DNA of 64,000 nucleotides from Patescibacteria group bacterium (GTDB lineage: Bacteria; Patescibacteriota; Microgenomatia; UBA12405): positions 58,371 through 122,370 of the forward strand of contig JBBTXE010000001.1 in assembly GCA_038062455.1 (NCBI GenBank), given 5' to 3'. A model generated the notes under the pieces. That model searched no databases. It was given only the letters and a program-made list of their open reading frames with translations, and was not told the DNA's origin. Shown piece after piece: positions 61,489 to 64,000 of this stretch. The translations under genes and the position numbers were made by a program. Within the stretch, counting starts at the first letter, position 1. Each line of letters opens with the position of its first letter.

Positions 61489-61904
61489 AACCCAAAAGCA
61501 CTATCGTTAAAGAAAAATTAATCGTCCGAAAATGGCATCTTATCGATTTATCGGGTAAAATCCTCGGTCGCGCCTCGGTTGAAATCGCTCATTTATTAAT
61601 GGGCAAAGACAAAGCCTCCTTTTCCTTCAATCGTGATGACGGTGATTATGTAGTGGCTATAAATGCCAGTAAAATTGTAACCACCGGCAACAAACTTAAA
61701 GACAAAATATACTATCACCATACGGGTTTTGCCGGGCACTTACGGGAAATGTCGCTTAAAAACTTACTTCAAAAAGATGCTCGTTTAGTTATTTCCCACG
61801 GAGTTGCTGGAATGTTACCCAAAAATACCTTCCGCCCCCGTCGTCTCGTCCGTTTAAAAATTTTTATTGGCCCGGAACACCCCTATGCCGACAAAATCAA
61901 GTAA
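61485..61904 (+). CDS. rplM: 50S ribosomal protein L13
   Basis: RKWHLIDLSGKILGRASVEIAHLLMGK...YYHHTGFAG. Confidence 0.94.
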   Translation: MKPKSTIVKEKLIVRKWHLIDLSGKILGRASVEIAHLLMGKDKASFSFNRDDGDYVVAINASKIVTTGNKLKDKIYYHHTGFAGHLREMSLKNLLQKDARLVISHGVAGMLPKNTFRPRRLVRLKIFIGPEHPYADKIK

Positions 61905-62286
61905 AAAATATACCTACGCCGTTGGTCGGCGTAAAGCCGCTGTGGCCACCGTCAAACTTTTTTCCGGAAAAGGGGAATCAACTGTTAACAAAATAGAGGT
62001 ATCCAAATATTTCCCCACTACCTTTATTTATCTTGATAAACCTTTTATTAAAACCGATACCTTAAATAAATATTACTTCGAAGCTAAAATTGTTGGTGGC
62101 GGCAAAGAGGGGCAACGTGAAGCCTTGACTCTGGCCTTATCCCGGGCTCTAAAGATCATTAACGTTGACTACACTGCCCCCCTCCGTCAAGCAGGTCTTT
62201 TAACCGTTGATTCCCGGGTCCGCCAAAGGCGGATGGTCGGCACCGGCGGCAAAAGTCGTCGCCAAAAACAATCTCCTAAGCGGTAA
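61885..62286 (+). CDS. rpsI: 30S ribosomal protein S9
   Basis: ATG at 61885 (a TTG at 61867 is possible); GRRKAAVATVKL...GGGKEGQREAL...RQKQSPKR. Confidence 0.93.
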   Translation: MPTKSSKKYTYAVGRRKAAVATVKLFSGKGESTVNKIEVSKYFPTTFIYLDKPFIKTDTLNKYYFEAKIVGGGKEGQREALTLALSRALKIINVDYTAPLRQAGLLTVDSRVRQRRMVGTGGKSRRQKQSPKR

Positions 62287-62294
62287 AATTGTAT

Positions 62295-63089
62295 ATGTCC
62301 TGGTTGGTTTCTCTTTTTTTAGGCCTCCTTCAAGGTCTGACCGAATTTTTACCTGTCTCTTCCTCCGGTCATCTCAATCTGGCCCAACATTTTCTTAAAT
62401 TTACCCCTTCCTTGTCTCTCGATGTTTTTCTCAACGCCGCTACCCTTTTATCAGTTCTTGTATTTTTTCGTGGCCAAATAAAATATTTTATAAAAAATAT
62501 AAAATATATTTTTATTGCCACCATACCGGCGGCAGTAGTTGGTATCTTTTTCAAAAACCAAATTAGCCACCTCTTTTCTTCAATTCAATTTCTCCCCTTC
62601 TTTTTTCTGGTTACTTCTGTCTTTCTATTTTCCACCCGTTTTGCCAAAAACAAATCGTTTTTAAACTATAAAAATGCCCTGATTATCGGTCTGGTTCAAG
62701 CTCTGGCCCTCCTCCCCGGCGTTTCCCGTTCCGGAGCCACCATTGCCGCCGCCCTTTTGTTAGGGATAAGCTCTATTGACGCCTTCAAATTTTCCTTCTG
62801 TTTATTTATTCCTGCTTCCCTCGGTGCTCTAATTTTAGATTTTCCCGGTATTTCTTCTCTCGCCTTCACCTCACCCCTCTTAATTTCCTTTGTTATTGCC
62901 TTTTTTGTCGGTCTTTGGGCTCTTCAAATACTCAAGCTTGTTGTCAATAAAAAATCTTTCTGGCTTTTCGGTATTTATACGCTTTTAGTGGCTCTTTTAT
63001 CTTTCATGGTGCTACAACAATTGTTTTCCAAAACTAATACACAGTTGGTCAATATCCAACAAATCAAAACCACTATGTTTCAGGGCTGA
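62295..63089 (+). CDS. uppP: undecaprenyl-diphosphate phosphatase
   Basis: GLLQGLTEFLPVSSSGHL and PGVSRSGATI motifs. Confidence 0.92.
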   Translation: MSWLVSLFLGLLQGLTEFLPVSSSGHLNLAQHFLKFTPSLSLDVFLNAATLLSVLVFFRGQIKYFIKNIKYIFIATIPAAVVGIFFKNQISHLFSSIQFLPFFFLVTSVFLFSTRFAKNKSFLNYKNALIIGLVQALALLPGVSRSGATIAAALLLGISSIDAFKFSFCLFIPASLGALILDFPGISSLAFTSPLLISFVIAFFVGLWALQILKLVVNKKSFWLFGIYTLLVALLSFMVLQQLFSKTNTQLVNIQQIKTTMFQG

Positions 63090-63629
63090 TTCAATGGCCA
63101 TTGTCACTTCTGGCGGCTTTTGGCAACTAACATGTTTTACCCAGGCCTCACGATTCACCGCTCTAATTAACCCTTCCGGATCAACCGGCACACTCTCTAC
63201 TCCCTTGGGCGTTGATTTGGTTTTGGCGCCTCTCGGTGTCGTCGGGCTGGTCTGGCCGGTGGTTAGTGAATAAAGTTGATTGTTGGCTACTAATATAGTG
63301 ATATCGATATTTAATCTGGCAGCGGCCACCAAATGGGACAAACCCTCTCCATAAATTCCGCCGTCTCCGCCGACCACCACCACTTTTAATTCCGGTCTGG
63401 CCAGTTTTATTCCCACCGCCGTCGGCACTGATCGACCATGAAGTTAATGAACTCCAAAAACTTTCAGAAAATCAGCCATATTGCCGATACAGCCAATGTC
63501 ATAAACAATTACCAAGTCTTTTAAATCAATTTTTTGATTAATTATCGCTTGCTGGAGGCCGGTATAAATCACAAAATCCTGACACCCCGGACACCAAGTC
63601 GGCACTATTTTTGACTTTAAATTGATCAT
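63012..63629 (-). pseudogene. 2-oxoacid:ferredoxin oxidoreductase beta subunit (TPP-binding) interrupted by one in-frame TAA
   Basis: ORFs 63444-63629 (..WCPGCQD..FGVH) and 63012-63428 (PTAVGIKLARPE..GGDGG..) are in the same frame. Read-through gives FGVH*LHGRSVPTAVGIKLA, which spans the conserved H-x-L-HGR motif. Confidence 0.7.
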
Positions 63630-63646
63630 TGATTATTGTCCCGATG

Positions 63647-64000
63647 TCAATCGGGATCCGCCTTTGGCGGAATAATTGATAATTCTTTGCGGATCTCTTC
63701 CGCAAAGAAAGGTCTCCCATCATATTTTAATATCGTCTTATCAAAATTAATTGCCAATTCCGATCTTAATAATCGTCCCAACTGGCCTGTGGCATTATTC
63801 TCAACCAATATTTTTGTTTTAAAAGCATTTATAATTTTTCCTATTTCTTTATTCAACGGCCAGAGCATTTTTATCTGTAAATAAGCATATTTATCACTAT
63901 CTCTTATTGCTTCTAAAAGCGCTCCCTTGGTTGACCCCCAGGAAACAATCAAGATACTCGCCTTTTTATTTCCATAATAATTAAATATATCTTTTTCATT
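63647..64000 (-). CDS. 2-oxoacid:ferredoxin oxidoreductase alpha subunit, C-terminal part (5' end outside the window)
   Basis: The frame is open to the window edge. IVSWGSTKGALLEA...LVENNATGQL...KYDGRPF matches the domain III pattern of KorA/PorA. Confidence 0.75.
   Translation of the reverse strand, partial: NEKDIFNYYGNKKASILIVSWGSTKGALLEAIRDSDKYAYLQIKMLWPLNKEIGKIINAFKTKILVENNATGQLGRLLRSELAINFDKTILKYDGRPFFAEEIRKELSIIPPKADPD

Noticed and set aside
63444-63446. In-frame TAA as evidence for an alternative genetic code.
   Set aside because: TAA, TAG and TGA each terminate many well-conserved genes in this window at the expected positions. A single internal TAA is better explained by a nonsense mutation, variant or error.

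Overview
The window is a gene-dense, moderately AT-rich bacterial chromosome segment transcribed almost entirely on the + strand. Its backbone is translation and transcription machinery: infB (3' end), rpsO-pnp, rnj, proS, ftsK, alaS, ruvX-mltG, rpoB-rpoC, the str operon (rpsL-rpsG...fusA...tuf), a complete S10/spc/alpha ribosomal-protein block (rpsJ to rplQ), then rplM-rpsI and uppP. Several traits point, by inference only, to a streamlined Candidate Phyla Radiation / Patescibacteria-like genome: no rpmD (L30) between rpsE and rplO, no map after adk, short AlaRS/L2/L3, few Shine-Dalgarno sequences, and small proteins. No rRNA, tRNA or CRISPR array could be supported. Standard stops TAA, TAG and TGA all terminate recognisable genes. 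Six structures are not explained by ordinary gene calls. (1) Three accessory cassettes sit directly after the stop codon of a resident gene (ORF 494-1321, rnj, rpsG). Each is closed on the far side by a short 'echo' of that gene's last codons: 29 nt identical in one case, and diverged mostly at synonymous positions in the other two. (2) A family of heptanucleotide tandem arrays ([G/T]T[A/G]AT[A/T]C, e.g. ATTCGTA and TAATAC units) occurs at seven loci, always in the same + strand orientation. Five lie 3-9 nt upstream of start codons. Two lie inside minus-strand genes, where they are translated as ITNYELRITN. (3) The normally contiguous rpsG-fusA-tuf cluster is split by a ~9.4 kb envelope/sugar-nucleotide island and by an IS200/RayT-like HUH transposase whose own ORF contains one of its 28-bp REP-like palindromes. 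(4) A consensus promoter directly abuts the start codon of a toxin-antitoxin pair, and a similar one abuts proS, suggesting leaderless mRNAs. (5) A 2-oxoacid:ferredoxin oxidoreductase beta gene is interrupted by one in-frame TAA. (6) A sortase has a candidate LPAVG-sorted Ig-like surface protein. All functional assignments come from reading the translated ORFs against remembered family motifs; no database search was run.
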